From Betaproteobacteria bacterium (lineage in GTDB: Bacteria > Pseudomonadota > Gammaproteobacteria > Burkholderiales > JACQAP01): a stretch of 60,996 nucleotides of DNA. Below are positions 49,111-58,323 of this stretch, piece by piece; the stretch's first letter is position 1, and each line of letters starts with the position of its first letter. A program made the translations under genes and the position numbers. Location: contig JBDTRK010000006.1 in assembly GCA_039931685.1 (NCBI GenBank), positions 1 through 60,996 on the forward strand. Direction: 5' to 3'. The notes under the pieces are model-generated. The model saw only the letters and a program-made list of their open reading frames with translations. It ran no database searches and was not told the DNA's origin.

Positions 49111-51771
49111 ATGGCGGCACTTCCGGACGATGATCAGCAGGAAACGAGTGAATGGCTGGACGCGCTAGACGGCATTCTGCAGCACGAGGGCCCCGAACGC
49201 GCACACTTCATCCTTGAGCAGTTGATCGAAAAGGCGCGGCGCTCAGGCGCCTACCTCCCCTTTAGCGCCAACACCGCCTACATCAATACCATCCCGCCCG
49301 GCCAGGAAGAAGCCTCCCCCGGCGATCATGAACTGGAGCACCGCATCCGCTCCTATGTGCGCTGGAACGCGGCGGCCATGGTCTTGCGCGCCAACAAGCA
49401 TTCCTCGGAACTCGGCGGCCATATCGCCAGTTTCGCCTCCGCGGCGACACTGTATGACGTGGGTTTCAACCACTTCTGGCACGCCCCGTCGGAAAACCAT
49501 GGCGGCGACCTGGTGTTCATACAAGGACATTCGGCACCCGGCGTCTATGCGCGCGCTTTCATGCTCGGAAGGCTGACGAAGGAGCAGATGGACAGCTTCC
49601 GCCAGGAAGTGGACGGCAAAGGCCTGTCTTCCTATCCGCACCCGTGGTTGATGCCGGACTTCTGGCAGTTCCCGACAGTGTCGATGGGGCTCGGGCCGAT
49701 CATGGCCATCTATCAGGCGCGTTTCATGAAGTACCTGCAGGACCGCGGACTCGCCAACACGGAAGCGCGCAAGGTCTGGTGTTTCCTGGGCGATGGCGAG
49801 ATCGACGAACCGGAATCTATGGGTGCGATCGGCGTGGCTGCGCGCGAGAAGCTCGACAACCTGATTTTCGTCGTCAACTGCAACTTGCAGCGCCTGGATG
49901 GGCCGGTGCGCGGCAACGGCAAGATCATTCAGGAACTGGAATCGGATTTCCGCGGGGCCGGCTGGAACGTGATCAAGGTGATCTGGGGATCGTACTGGGA
50001 TCCGCTACTGGCGCGCGACCTCGACGGCCTGCTGGTACGGCGCATGGATGAAGCAGTGGATGGCGAATACCAGACCTTCAAATCCAAGGACGGCGCGTAC
50101 GTGCGCAAGCATTTCTTCGGCAAGTATCCGGAGTTGCTGAAGATGGTCGCCAACATGTCCGACGACGATATCTGGCGGCTCAATCGCGGCGGCCACGATC
50201 CGCACAAGATGTATGCCGCATACGCGGCGGCGGTCAAGACGTCAGGCCAGCCCACCGTTATCCTGGCCAAGACCATCAAGGGTTACGGCATGGGCGAAGC
50301 CGGAGAAGCGCAGAACATCACCCACCAGCAGAAGAAAATGGGCACGACGTCCTTGCGGGCGTTTCGCGACCGCTTCGACCTGCCGGTGCCCGACGACAAG
50401 CTCGACGAAATTCCCTACCTGACCTTCGAGGAAGGCTCGCCAGAACTCGAGTACATGCGCAAGCACCGCGAGGCACTGGGCGGATACCTACCTACGCGCA
50501 GGCAAAAGGGCGATACGCTGGAAATCCCGCCCTTGTCAGCCTTCGAGCCGCTGCTGAAAAGCTCAGAGGAACGCGAGTCGTCGACCACCATGGCGTTCGT
50601 GCGCATCCTCAACATCCTGGTCAAGGACAAGAACATCGGCAAGCGCGTGGTGCCGATCGTGCCGGACGAGTCACGCACCTTCGGCATGGAAGGCATGTTC
50701 AGGCAGCTTGCCATCTGGTCCTCCGTCGGCCAGCTGTATACGCCGCAGGACGCAGACCAGCTGATGTTCTACAAGGAAGACAAACAGGGCCAGATCCTGC
50801 AGGAGGGCATCAACGAACCCGGCGCGATGTCCTCGTGGATCGCCGCGGCGACATCGTACTCGAATCACGGCGTGTCGATGATCCCGTTCTACATTTATTA
50901 CTCCATGTTCGGCTTCCAGCGCGTGGGCGACCTGGCCTGGGCGGCGGGCGACCAGCGTGCGCGCGGCTTCATGCTCGGCGGCACCTCCGGGCGCACGACG
51001 TTGAACGGCGAAGGCCTGCAGCACGAGGACGGCCACAGCCACATCCTGTCCTCGACCATTCCTAACTGCATTTCGTACGACCCGAGCTACGCCTACGAAG
51101 TCGCGGTCATCATTCAGGACGGCCTGCGCCGCATGTTCAAGGAGCAGGAGGATGTTTTCTACTACATCACGCTGTTGAACGAAAATTACGTCCAGCCGGC
51201 AATGCCCAAGGGCGTCGAGGAAGGCATCCTCAAGGGCATGTACCGACTCTCCGAGGGCAAAGGCAAAAAGGACGCGCCGCGCGTTCAGTTGCTGGGTAGC
51301 GGCGCGATCCTGCGCGAGGTTATCGCCGCGCAGGACCTGCTGGAAAAGGATTTCGGCGTCGCCGGCGATGTTTGGAGCTGCCCCAGCTTCAATGAACTGC
51401 GCCGCGAAGGGCAGGATGCGCAACGCTGGAACCTGCTGCATCCGGAAGCCAAGCCGCGCGAAACCTACGTCGGCCGCTGCCTGAACGCAGCGCCAGGCCC
51501 GGTGGTGGCCGCAACCGATTACATGAAGCTGTTCGCCGACCAGATCCGGCCGTTCATCTACAAGCACTATGTCGTACTGGGCACGGACGGCTTCGGCCGC
51601 TCGGACTTTCGCCGCCAGTTGCGCAAGTTCTTCGAGGTCGACCGCTACTATGTGACCGTGGCGGCGCTGAAGGCGTTGGCCGACGAAGGCACCATCCCTG
51701 CGGCAACGGTGGCAAAGGCAATCAAGAAATACGGCATCGATCCCGAAAAGCCGAACCCGGTCACCGTCTGA
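49111..51771 (+). CDS. aceE: Pyruvate dehydrogenase E1 (homodimeric type)
   Basis: ETSEWLDAL, GGHIASFAS, TVSMGLGP, GDGE..EPES, NCNLQRLDGPV, GEGLQHEDG, GTDGFGRSD. Confidence 0.97.
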   Translation: MAALPDDDQQETSEWLDALDGILQHEGPERAHFILEQLIEKARRSGAYLPFSANTAYINTIPPGQEEASPGDHELEHRIRSYVRWNAAAMVLRANKHSSELGGHIASFASAATLYDVGFNHFWHAPSENHGGDLVFIQGHSAPGVYARAFMLGRLTKEQMDSFRQEVDGKGLSSYPHPWLMPDFWQFPTVSMGLGPIMAIYQARFMKYLQDRGLANTEARKVWCFLGDGEIDEPESMGAIGVAAREKLDNLIFVVNCNLQRLDGPVRGNGKIIQELESDFRGAGWNVIKVIWGSYWDPLLARDLDGLLVRRMDEAVDGEYQTFKSKDGAYVRKHFFGKYPELLKMVANMSDDDIWRLNRGGHDPHKMYAAYAAAVKTSGQPTVILAKTIKGYGMGEAGEAQNITHQQKKMGTTSLRAFRDRFDLPVPDDKLDEIPYLTFEEGSPELEYMRKHREALGGYLPTRRQKGDTLEIPPLSAFEPLLKSSEERESSTTMAFVRILNILVKDKNIGKRVVPIVPDESRTFGMEGMFRQLAIWSSVGQLYTPQDADQLMFYKEDKQGQILQEGINEPGAMSSWIAAATSYSNHGVSMIPFYIYYSMFGFQRVGDLAWAAGDQRARGFMLGGTSGRTTLNGEGLQHEDGHSHILSSTIPNCISYDPSYAYEVAVIIQDGLRRMFKEQEDVFYYITLLNENYVQPAMPKGVEEGILKGMYRLSEGKGKKDAPRVQLLGSGAILREVIAAQDLLEKDFGVAGDVWSCPSFNELRREGQDAQRWNLLHPEAKPRETYVGRCLNAAPGPVVAATDYMKLFADQIRPFIYKHYVVLGTDGFGRSDFRRQLRKFFEVDRYYVTVAALKALADEGTIPAATVAKAIKKYGIDPEKPNPVTV

Positions 51772-51783
51772 CCGCGGCCGCAA

Positions 51784-51818
51784 TTACCATTCACCAATCA
51801 CCAATTACCAGTCACTGA
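51784..51818 (+). repeat. Degenerate heptamer tandem array (TCACCAA-type x5)
   Basis: TTACCAT TCACCAA TCACCAA TTACCAG TCACTGA between aceE and aceF. Confidence 0.8.
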
Positions 51819-51827
51819 ACTCAAAAC

Positions 51828-53141
51828 ATGGGCAGCCTCAGAGACGTCCTTGTTCCCGACATCGGGGACTTCAAGAACATTCCGGTCATCGAAGTTCTGG
51901 TCAAGCCTGGCGACGCCGTGAAGGCGGAGGACTCGCTGATCACCCTCGAATCCGACAAGGCGACGATGGAAGTGCCGGCGCCGTTTGCCGGCGTGGTCAA
52001 GGAATTGAAGATCAAGCCCGGCGACAAGATATCCGAAGGCGTCGTGATCCTCAGCCTGGAAGTCAGCGAAGCCGCCGTAACCCCGGCGACGCCAGCGCCC
52101 GCGGCGGCGCAGAAACCTGCCGCGGCACCGGCGCCTACACCGGTCACGCCAGCGTCGCCAGCGGCACCCGCCCCCGCGCCTGTCGCCGCTATGCAAAATA
52201 CGGAACCGGCCCGAATCGACGAAGCGGGCTTCGCGCTCGCCCACGCCAGCCCGTCGGTGCGCCGCTTCGCGCGTGAGCTCGGCGTCGATCTCGGTCGCGT
52301 CAAAGGCAGTGGCCCGAAGGAACGCATCCTGAAGGAAGACATCGCCGGTTTCGTCAAGTCCGCGCTGGCGCAGCCGGGCGGTGGCGGTGGCGGCGGACTG
52401 TCGCTTGGGCTGCCGGCATGGCCACAGGTGGATTTCGCGAAATTCGGCCCGGTGGAAAATCAGGCGTTGTCGCGCATCAAGAAAATCTCCGGGCCGTACC
52501 TGCACCGCAACTGGGTATCGATCCCGCACGTGACACAGAACGACGATGCCGACATCACCGAACTCGAGGCCTTCCGCAAGGGCATGGCCGACGAGGCGCA
52601 GAAGCAGGGCGTGAAACTCACGCCGCTCGCCTTCATCATGAAGGCGGTCGTCAGCGCGCTGAAAAACCACCCGGAGTTCAATTCCTCGCTTGCGCCCGCG
52701 GGCGACGCGCTGATCCTGAAGCACTACTATCACATCGGCGTCGCGGTCGACACGCCGGGCGGACTGGTGGTGCCCGTGGTGCGCGACGTCGACCAGAAAG
52801 GCGTGCTGCAACTGGCGAAGGAACTCGCGGAAATCAGCGCCAAAGCGCGTGACGGCAAGCTCGGGCCAGCCGACATGCAGGGGGGCACATTCTCCATTTC
52901 CAGCCTGGGTGGTATCGGCGGCACGCATTTCACACCCATCATCAATGCACCGGAAGTCGCGATCCTCGGCGTATCGAAGGCGTCGATGAAACCGCTGTGG
53001 AAGGACGGACAGTTCGTGCCGCGCCTGATGATGCCCTTGTCGCTGTCTTACGACCACCGCGCGGTGGACGGGGCGCAAGGTGCGCGGTTTATTACGACCT
53101 TGTCGATGGTCCTTTCGGACATTCGACGCGTTCTTCTGTGA
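51828..53141 (+). CDS. aceF: Dihydrolipoamide acetyltransferase E2 (one lipoyl domain)
   Basis: [17 protein letters not shown], Ala/Pro linker, [22 protein letters not shown]. Confidence 0.96.
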   Translation: MGSLRDVLVPDIGDFKNIPVIEVLVKPGDAVKAEDSLITLESDKATMEVPAPFAGVVKELKIKPGDKISEGVVILSLEVSEAAVTPATPAPAAAQKPAAAPAPTPVTPASPAAPAPAPVAAMQNTEPARIDEAGFALAHASPSVRRFARELGVDLGRVKGSGPKERILKEDIAGFVKSALAQPGGGGGGGLSLGLPAWPQVDFAKFGPVENQALSRIKKISGPYLHRNWVSIPHVTQNDDADITELEAFRKGMADEAQKQGVKLTPLAFIMKAVVSALKNHPEFNSSLAPAGDALILKHYYHIGVAVDTPGGLVVPVVRDVDQKGVLQLAKELAEISAKARDGKLGPADMQGGTFSISSLGGIGGTHFTPIINAPEVAILGVSKASMKPLWKDGQFVPRLMMPLSLSYDHRAVDGAQGARFITTLSMVLSDIRRVLL

Positions 53142-53255
53142 ACGGTGATCGGTAATCAGTAATCGGTCAAAACGCGCTTTGCCGGTGTTCCCTGTTTATG
53201 GTCAAAGACCGGTATCCAGCGAAGCTGGGCGCTATTCACTGTTCACTGTTCACCG
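53136..53255. repeat. Inverted pair of heptamer arrays
   Basis: Left CTGTGAA CGGTGAT CGGTAAT CAGTAAT CGGTCAA (53136-53170); right TTCACTG TTCACTG TTCACCG (53235-53255). Confidence 0.75.
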
Positions 53256-53258
53256 CAG

Positions 53259-53930
53259 TTGAGTTCCGCAACCCCCATCGGCATCCTGGGCGGGACTTTC
53301 GATCCCATCCATTTCGCCCATTTGCGCCTGGCCGAGGAGCTCGCCGATGCCATCGGCCTGTCCAGGGTGCGTTTCATTCCAACCGGCACCCCGCCTCATC
53401 GGGGCCAACCCCGGGTAAGCGGAGCGCAGCGCATGGAAATGCTGCGCCTGGCCATCGGCGGCAATCCGCGCTTCGAGGCCGATGACCGCGAAATCCGTCG
53501 CCAGGGCGTCTGTTACACCTTCGACACGCTGGTCGAGTTGCGCGCCGAATTGGGGGCGCGTCCGCTTTGCCTGTTGATGGGCTCTGACGCCTTTTCCGCC
53601 TTGACCACCTGGCATCGCTGGGAGGAATTATTTGACCTGGCGCATATCGTGATTGCCCATCGCCCGGGGTATTCGCTACACCAGTTGCAGTCTTCCCTGC
53701 CCGGCCCGCTGCGCAAGATCTACCTGCAGCGGCTGAGCGCCTCCACCGGCATCCTGCGGCGCGACAGCGCGGGCGCGGTCTACGTGCGCGAAATTACCGC
53801 GCTGGATATTGCTGCGACCCAGATCAGGGGGCTGCTTGCCGGCGGGGGCAGCGCGCGCTATCTGGTCCCGGAGGCCGTTCTCGATTACATTGAAACCAGT
53901 CGTCTTTACAAGGAACGCGATGCACGTTGA
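53259..53930 (+). CDS. nadD: Nicotinate-nucleotide adenylyltransferase
   Basis: GILGGTFDPIHFAHL, PPHR, YTFDTL, LMGSDAF, WHRW. Confidence 0.95.
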   Translation: MSSATPIGILGGTFDPIHFAHLRLAEELADAIGLSRVRFIPTGTPPHRGQPRVSGAQRMEMLRLAIGGNPRFEADDREIRRQGVCYTFDTLVELRAELGARPLCLLMGSDAFSALTTWHRWEELFDLAHIVIAHRPGYSLHQLQSSLPGPLRKIYLQRLSASTGILRRDSAGAVYVREITALDIAATQIRGLLAGGGSARYLVPEAVLDYIETSRLYKERDAR

Positions 53931-54306
53931 AGCCGTAAGACAAGCTGCCGTCGAGGCGCTGGAAGAAATCAAGGCAAGGGACATCACCGTCCTCGATGTC
54001 CGCAAAATGACCGCCTTGTTCGACTACATGATCGTCGCCACCGCCGAATCGGCGCGCCAGACCAAGGCGCTGGCAAAGAACGTCGAGGAAAAGCTCAAAG
54101 GGCTGGGAATCAGAGTCCAGGGGCTGGAAGGCGAAAAAACCGGCGAATGGGTGCTGGTCGATCTGGGAGACGTCATCGTGCATGTGATGCAACCCGCGAT
54201 CCGCGCGTATTACAACCTCGAGCAATTATGGGGTGGCCGCCCCCCCTCCCCCCACCCCACCAACTGGAAAAACGCCCCGGGGGCGGAACCGCCCGCTGCG
54301 CTCTAG
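53920..54306 (+). CDS. rsfS: Ribosome silencing factor
   Basis: [28 protein letters not shown]...[10 protein letters not shown]; ATG 53920. Confidence 0.93.
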   Translation: MHVEAVRQAAVEALEEIKARDITVLDVRKMTALFDYMIVATAESARQTKALAKNVEEKLKGLGIRVQGLEGEKTGEWVLVDLGDVIVHVMQPAIRAYYNLEQLWGGRPPSPHPTNWKNAPGAEPPAAL

Positions 54307-54325
54307 GTTCGCGCTTCCTGCCAGT

Positions 54326-54808
54326 TTGAAGCTGCACATCCTCAGCATCGGCCACAAGCCTCCCGCCTGGGTGGCGGCCGGATTCGAGGACTATGTCCGG
54401 CGCATGCCGCGGGAAGCGCGCATCGAGCTCACCGAGATAAAGCCCGCCCCCCGCAGCCGGCAGGCGCAGTCCGCGACCTCGATTTTCCAGATCCTGGGCG
54501 TGGAAAAGTCCCGTCTGCTTGCTGCCCTGCCGGCAGGCTGTGTAAGAATAGCGCTGGACGAACGTGGCAAGCAGCTCACCACGGTCGAGCTTGCCCGCAA
54601 ACTGGCAGGCTGGATGCAGGAGGGGCGCGACGTCGGGTTCATGATCGGCAGCGCCGACGGGCTCGACCAGGAGCTGAAGAACGGTGCCGATCTCCAGCTT
54701 GCCCTGTCGGCGATGACGCTTCCGCATGCCATGGTGCGGGTGCTGCTCGCCGAGCAACTGTACCGCGCGATATCGATGCTGCAGAACCACCCTTATCACC
54801 GGGAATAA
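54326..54808 (+). CDS. rlmH: 23S rRNA m3Psi1915 methyltransferase
   Basis: [44 protein letters not shown]; TTG start. Confidence 0.95.
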   Translation: MKLHILSIGHKPPAWVAAGFEDYVRRMPREARIELTEIKPAPRSRQAQSATSIFQILGVEKSRLLAALPAGCVRIALDERGKQLTTVELARKLAGWMQEGRDVGFMIGSADGLDQELKNGADLQLALSAMTLPHAMVRVLLAEQLYRAISMLQNHPYHRE

Positions 54809-54848
54809 CGCCCCTGACGGGCGCAACAATACCAAGAGCCGAAACCAC

Positions 54849-55469
54849 GTGGCGTCGCTGGAAAAACATATCTACCTCGCCTCGCGCAGCGCGCGACGCC
54901 GCGATCTGCTCAAGCAGATGGGCGTCAATTTCGAGATGCTGCTGCTGCGCGAAGGGGCCGGCCGCGATGCCGATTTCAATGAAACGCCGATCGGCAATGA
55001 GTTGCCGCGCGATTACGTCGTGCGCGTCGCCCGCCTTAAGGCAGAAGCCGGTTGGCTGCGCCTGGAGCAGCGCCGACTGATGCGCCATCCGGTACTGGCC
55101 GGCGACACCACGGTGGCCTTCAACGACACCATCCTCGCCAAGCCGCGCGATCGCGAGGACGCGGTAGCGATGCTCAAGCAGCTTTCCGGCGTCACGCATG
55201 TTGTCTATACCGCGGTGGCCGTTAAATTCCACGATGCACTGCAGGAGGCGCTTTCCGTGACCGAAGTACGCCTGCGCGAACTTTCCGACGACGAGATCCG
55301 GCGTTACGTTTCCAGCGGCGACCCGATGGACAAGGCCGGCGCCTATGGCATCCAGGGCAAGGCATCGATGTTTATAGAATCCATCAATGGCAGTTACAGC
55401 GGCGTGGTTGGGCTGCCGATGTTCGAGACCTCGCGCATCCTTACCCATTTCGGCTTCCAGTTGCTGTGA
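54849..55469 (+). CDS. maf: Maf family nucleoside triphosphate pyrophosphatase (YhdE-like)
   Basis: IYLASRSARRRDLL, AGDTTV, KPRD, DKAGAYGIQG, GVVGLP. Confidence 0.94.
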   Translation: MASLEKHIYLASRSARRRDLLKQMGVNFEMLLLREGAGRDADFNETPIGNELPRDYVVRVARLKAEAGWLRLEQRRLMRHPVLAGDTTVAFNDTILAKPRDREDAVAMLKQLSGVTHVVYTAVAVKFHDALQEALSVTEVRLRELSDDEIRRYVSSGDPMDKAGAYGIQGKASMFIESINGSYSGVVGLPMFETSRILTHFGFQLL

Positions 55470-56920
55470 ACGACGAGATCCTGATCAACGTCACCCCGCA
55501 GGAAACGAGGGTCGCGGTGATGCAGCAGGGGGTCGCCCAGGAATTGCACGTCGAGCGCAGCGCGAGCCGCGGCATCGTGGGCAATATCTACGTCGGCGAG
55601 GTCAGCCGCGTATTGCCGGGCATGCAATCCGCCTTCATTCAGATCGGTCTGGATCGCGCCGCCTTCCTGCATGTCGCCGACATCTGGTCGCACCGCCAGA
55701 ATCAGGAGGAGGTCAAGCCGATCGAGCGCATCCTGCAAGATGGCCAGCGGCTGTTGGTGCAGGTCATCAAGGATCCGATCGGCACCAAGGGCGCGCGGCT
55801 GTCGACCCAGATCAGCATTGCCGGACGGCTGCTGGTTTACCTGCCGCAGGAGTCCCACATCGGCATCTCGCAGCGCATCGAAGATGAGACCGAACGAGCC
55901 CTGCTGCGCGAAAAGCTGCAACACCTGATTCCGGCCGAGGAAGCCGGCGGCTACATCGTACGCACCATGGCGGAGACGGCCAGCGAAAAAGAACTCGGCG
56001 CCGACATCGAATACCTGCGCAAGCTCTGGTCCGACATACGGGAAAGATCCAAGACGCTTGGCGCGCCGGCGCTGCTCTACCAGGACCTGGGCCTGTCGCT
56101 GCGCGTGCTGCGCGATTTTGTCAACGACGAAAGCGGCCGCATCCTGGTGGATTCGCGCGAGACCTTCCTGCGCATGCTGGCATTCGCAACCGAGTACACC
56201 CTGTCTTTTGTCGACCGTATCCATCATTACACCGGCGACCGGCCCCTATTCGACCTATATGGCGTCGAGGAAGAGATCGAGCGTGCGCTGGCGCGCCGCG
56301 TACCGCTGAAGTCCGGTGGCTACCTGATAATCGACCAGACCGAGGCATTGACCACGATCGACGTCAACACCGGCGGCTTCGTCGGCGGCCGCAATTTCGA
56401 CGACACCATATTCAAGACCAATCTGGAAGCCGCGCAGGTGATCGCGCGCCAGCTGCGGTTGCGAAACCTGGGCGGAATCATCATCATCGACTTCATCGAC
56501 ATGGATAACGAAATGCACCGCAACTCGGTGATGGCGGAATTCAAGAAGGCACTGCTGCCCGACCGCACGCGCATGACGGTCAACGGATTCACCCATCTCG
56601 GCCTGGTGGAGATGACGCGCAAGCGCACTAGGGAAAGCCTCGCGCATATCCTGTGCGAGCCCTGCCCGACCTGCCAGGCGCGCGGCGAAGTGAAGTCTGC
56701 GCAGACCATCTGCTACGAAATCCTGCGCGAACTGGTGCGCGAATCACGCCAATTCGACGCACGCGAGTTTCGCATTCTCGCTTCGCAGAAAGTCATCGAT
56801 ATCTTCCTCGACGAGGAATCCCAGAGCCTGGCGATGCTCGAGGAATTCATCGCCAAACCGATTTCCCTGCAAGTGGAATCGATCTACACGCAGGAGCAGT
56901 ACGACATCGTCTTGATGTAG
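55466..56920 (+). CDS. rng: Ribonuclease G
   Basis: ILINVTPQETRVA, GNIY.G.V.RVLPGMQSAF, DVNTG, DFIDM, EMTRKR, CPTC, EQYDIVLM. Confidence 0.96.
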   Translation: MNDEILINVTPQETRVAVMQQGVAQELHVERSASRGIVGNIYVGEVSRVLPGMQSAFIQIGLDRAAFLHVADIWSHRQNQEEVKPIERILQDGQRLLVQVIKDPIGTKGARLSTQISIAGRLLVYLPQESHIGISQRIEDETERALLREKLQHLIPAEEAGGYIVRTMAETASEKELGADIEYLRKLWSDIRERSKTLGAPALLYQDLGLSLRVLRDFVNDESGRILVDSRETFLRMLAFATEYTLSFVDRIHHYTGDRPLFDLYGVEEEIERALARRVPLKSGGYLIIDQTEALTTIDVNTGGFVGGRNFDDTIFKTNLEAAQVIARQLRLRNLGGIIIIDFIDMDNEMHRNSVMAEFKKALLPDRTRMTVNGFTHLGLVEMTRKRTRESLAHILCEPCPTCQARGEVKSAQTICYEILRELVRESRQFDAREFRILASQKVIDIFLDEESQSLAMLEEFIAKPISLQVESIYTQEQYDIVLM

Positions 56921-56924
56921 CAGA

Positions 56925-56984
56925 AGTGCTGAGTGCTGAGTGCTGAGTGCTGAGTGCTGAGTGCTGAGTGCTGAGTGCTGAGTG
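56925..56984 (+). repeat. Perfect heptamer tandem repeat (AGTGCTG)x8 + AGTG
   Basis: Eight exact copies starting 4 nt after the rng stop codon. Confidence 0.97.
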
Positions 56985-57092
56985 AAAATAGTCTGATTTG
57001 TCTTCTTGCGATTGCTTTCAAATTATTCATGCGCGTTGCCGTAACGGGCATTCTCGGCGCGGAGCACGGTAGTAGCCAGTTGCACTTGCCGG

Positions 57093-58259
57093 TCAGTTCG
57101 TGCGCATCCGCAGTACGAACAATGCCAGGCCGCCTGCGACCAGGCCCCAGAACGCTGACCCTATCCCGAACAGCGTCACACCCGAGGCGGTAACGAGGAA
57201 GGTAATCAGCGCTGCCTCCCGCTCGCGTTCAACGACCATTGCGCCGGCGAGACCGTTGCCGATCGTGCCGATCAACGCGAGGCCGGCTATGGCGGCAACG
57301 AGTTCATGTGGAAATGCCGCGAACAACGCACCAACCGTCGCGCCAAACAACCCGATCAGCACATAAAAGAATCCGGCCGCCACCGACGCGACATAACGAC
57401 GTTTCGTATCCTCGTGGGCTTCGCGTCCCATGCAGATCGCCGCGGTGATCGCGGCGAGGTTGATCGCAAAGGCGCCGAACGGTGCTAGCAGGACGTTTGC
57501 GACGCCTGTCCATCCGACGACAGGCGATATCGGAATCGGGTAGCCGGACGCCCGGATGACCGCCACGCCCGGCACATTCTGCGATGCCATGGTCACGACG
57601 AACAATGGCAGCGCCACGCCGATCAGCGCGGCTGCGGAAATACCGGGCGTAACCCATACCGGCCTCGCTAGTTCGAAGTGCACGGTTTCCATATGCAGGC
57701 TGCCTTGAACGGTTGCGATCGCGACGCCTAGAGCGAACGCGCAGATCACCGCATAGCGCGGGGACAGCCGGCGCATGACCAGATAAACGGCAAACATCGC
57801 AAAGGCCATCAGGAACTGCGCCTTCATCACAACGAACAATTCCAGCCCGAAACGCAGCAGCACGCCGGCCAGCATTCCCGACGCGATGGAGATCGGGATA
57901 CGATTGATTGCACGCTCGAACCAGCCGGAGAATCCGGCGATGGCGATCAGCAGCCCCGATACCAGGAACGCGCCGATCGCTTCAGGAAGCGAGATTCCGG
58001 CCGCACCCGTAATCAGCATTGCGGCACCCGGTGTGGACCACGCCGTCACCACCGGCATGCGATAGCACAACGACAAGCCGATGCAGGTCAGGCCCATTCC
58101 TAGTCCCAGCGCCCACATCCATGACGCGATCTCGGCCGCGCCCGCGCCGACCGCGCTGGCCGCCTGGAAGACGATGACCGCGGTGCTTGTGAACCCGACC
58201 AGCACCGTGACGAAACCCGCTACGACCGCGGAGAGGGATATATCGCGGAGAAGTGACAT
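57093..58259 (-). CDS. Benzoate/H+ symporter BenE family
   Basis: AWSTPGAA, PLFVVTMASQNVPG, NLAAITAAIC, GIGSAFWG. Confidence 0.92.
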   Translation of the reverse strand: MSLLRDISLSAVVAGFVTVLVGFTSTAVIVFQAASAVGAGAAEIASWMWALGLGMGLTCIGLSLCYRMPVVTAWSTPGAAMLITGAAGISLPEAIGAFLVSGLLIAIAGFSGWFERAINRIPISIASGMLAGVLLRFGLELFVVMKAQFLMAFAMFAVYLVMRRLSPRYAVICAFALGVAIATVQGSLHMETVHFELARPVWVTPGISAAALIGVALPLFVVTMASQNVPGVAVIRASGYPIPISPVVGWTGVANVLLAPFGAFAINLAAITAAICMGREAHEDTKRRYVASVAAGFFYVLIGLFGATVGALFAAFPHELVAAIAGLALIGTIGNGLAGAMVVEREREAALITFLVTASGVTLFGIGSAFWGLVAGGLALFVLRMRTN

Positions 58260-58323
58260 GTTGCTCAAGCGTCTAAGGTGTCTATAGCCGCGGCGGAGAT
58301 CAGGAGCTAAATCTCACCACGCC

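Noticed and set aside
52070-52190. GC-rich repetitive stretch inside aceF
   Set aside because: Encodes the normal Ala/Pro linker of E2 subunits.
56925-56984. Possible CRISPR array
   Set aside because: Contiguous 7-mers with no spacers, and no cas genes in the window.
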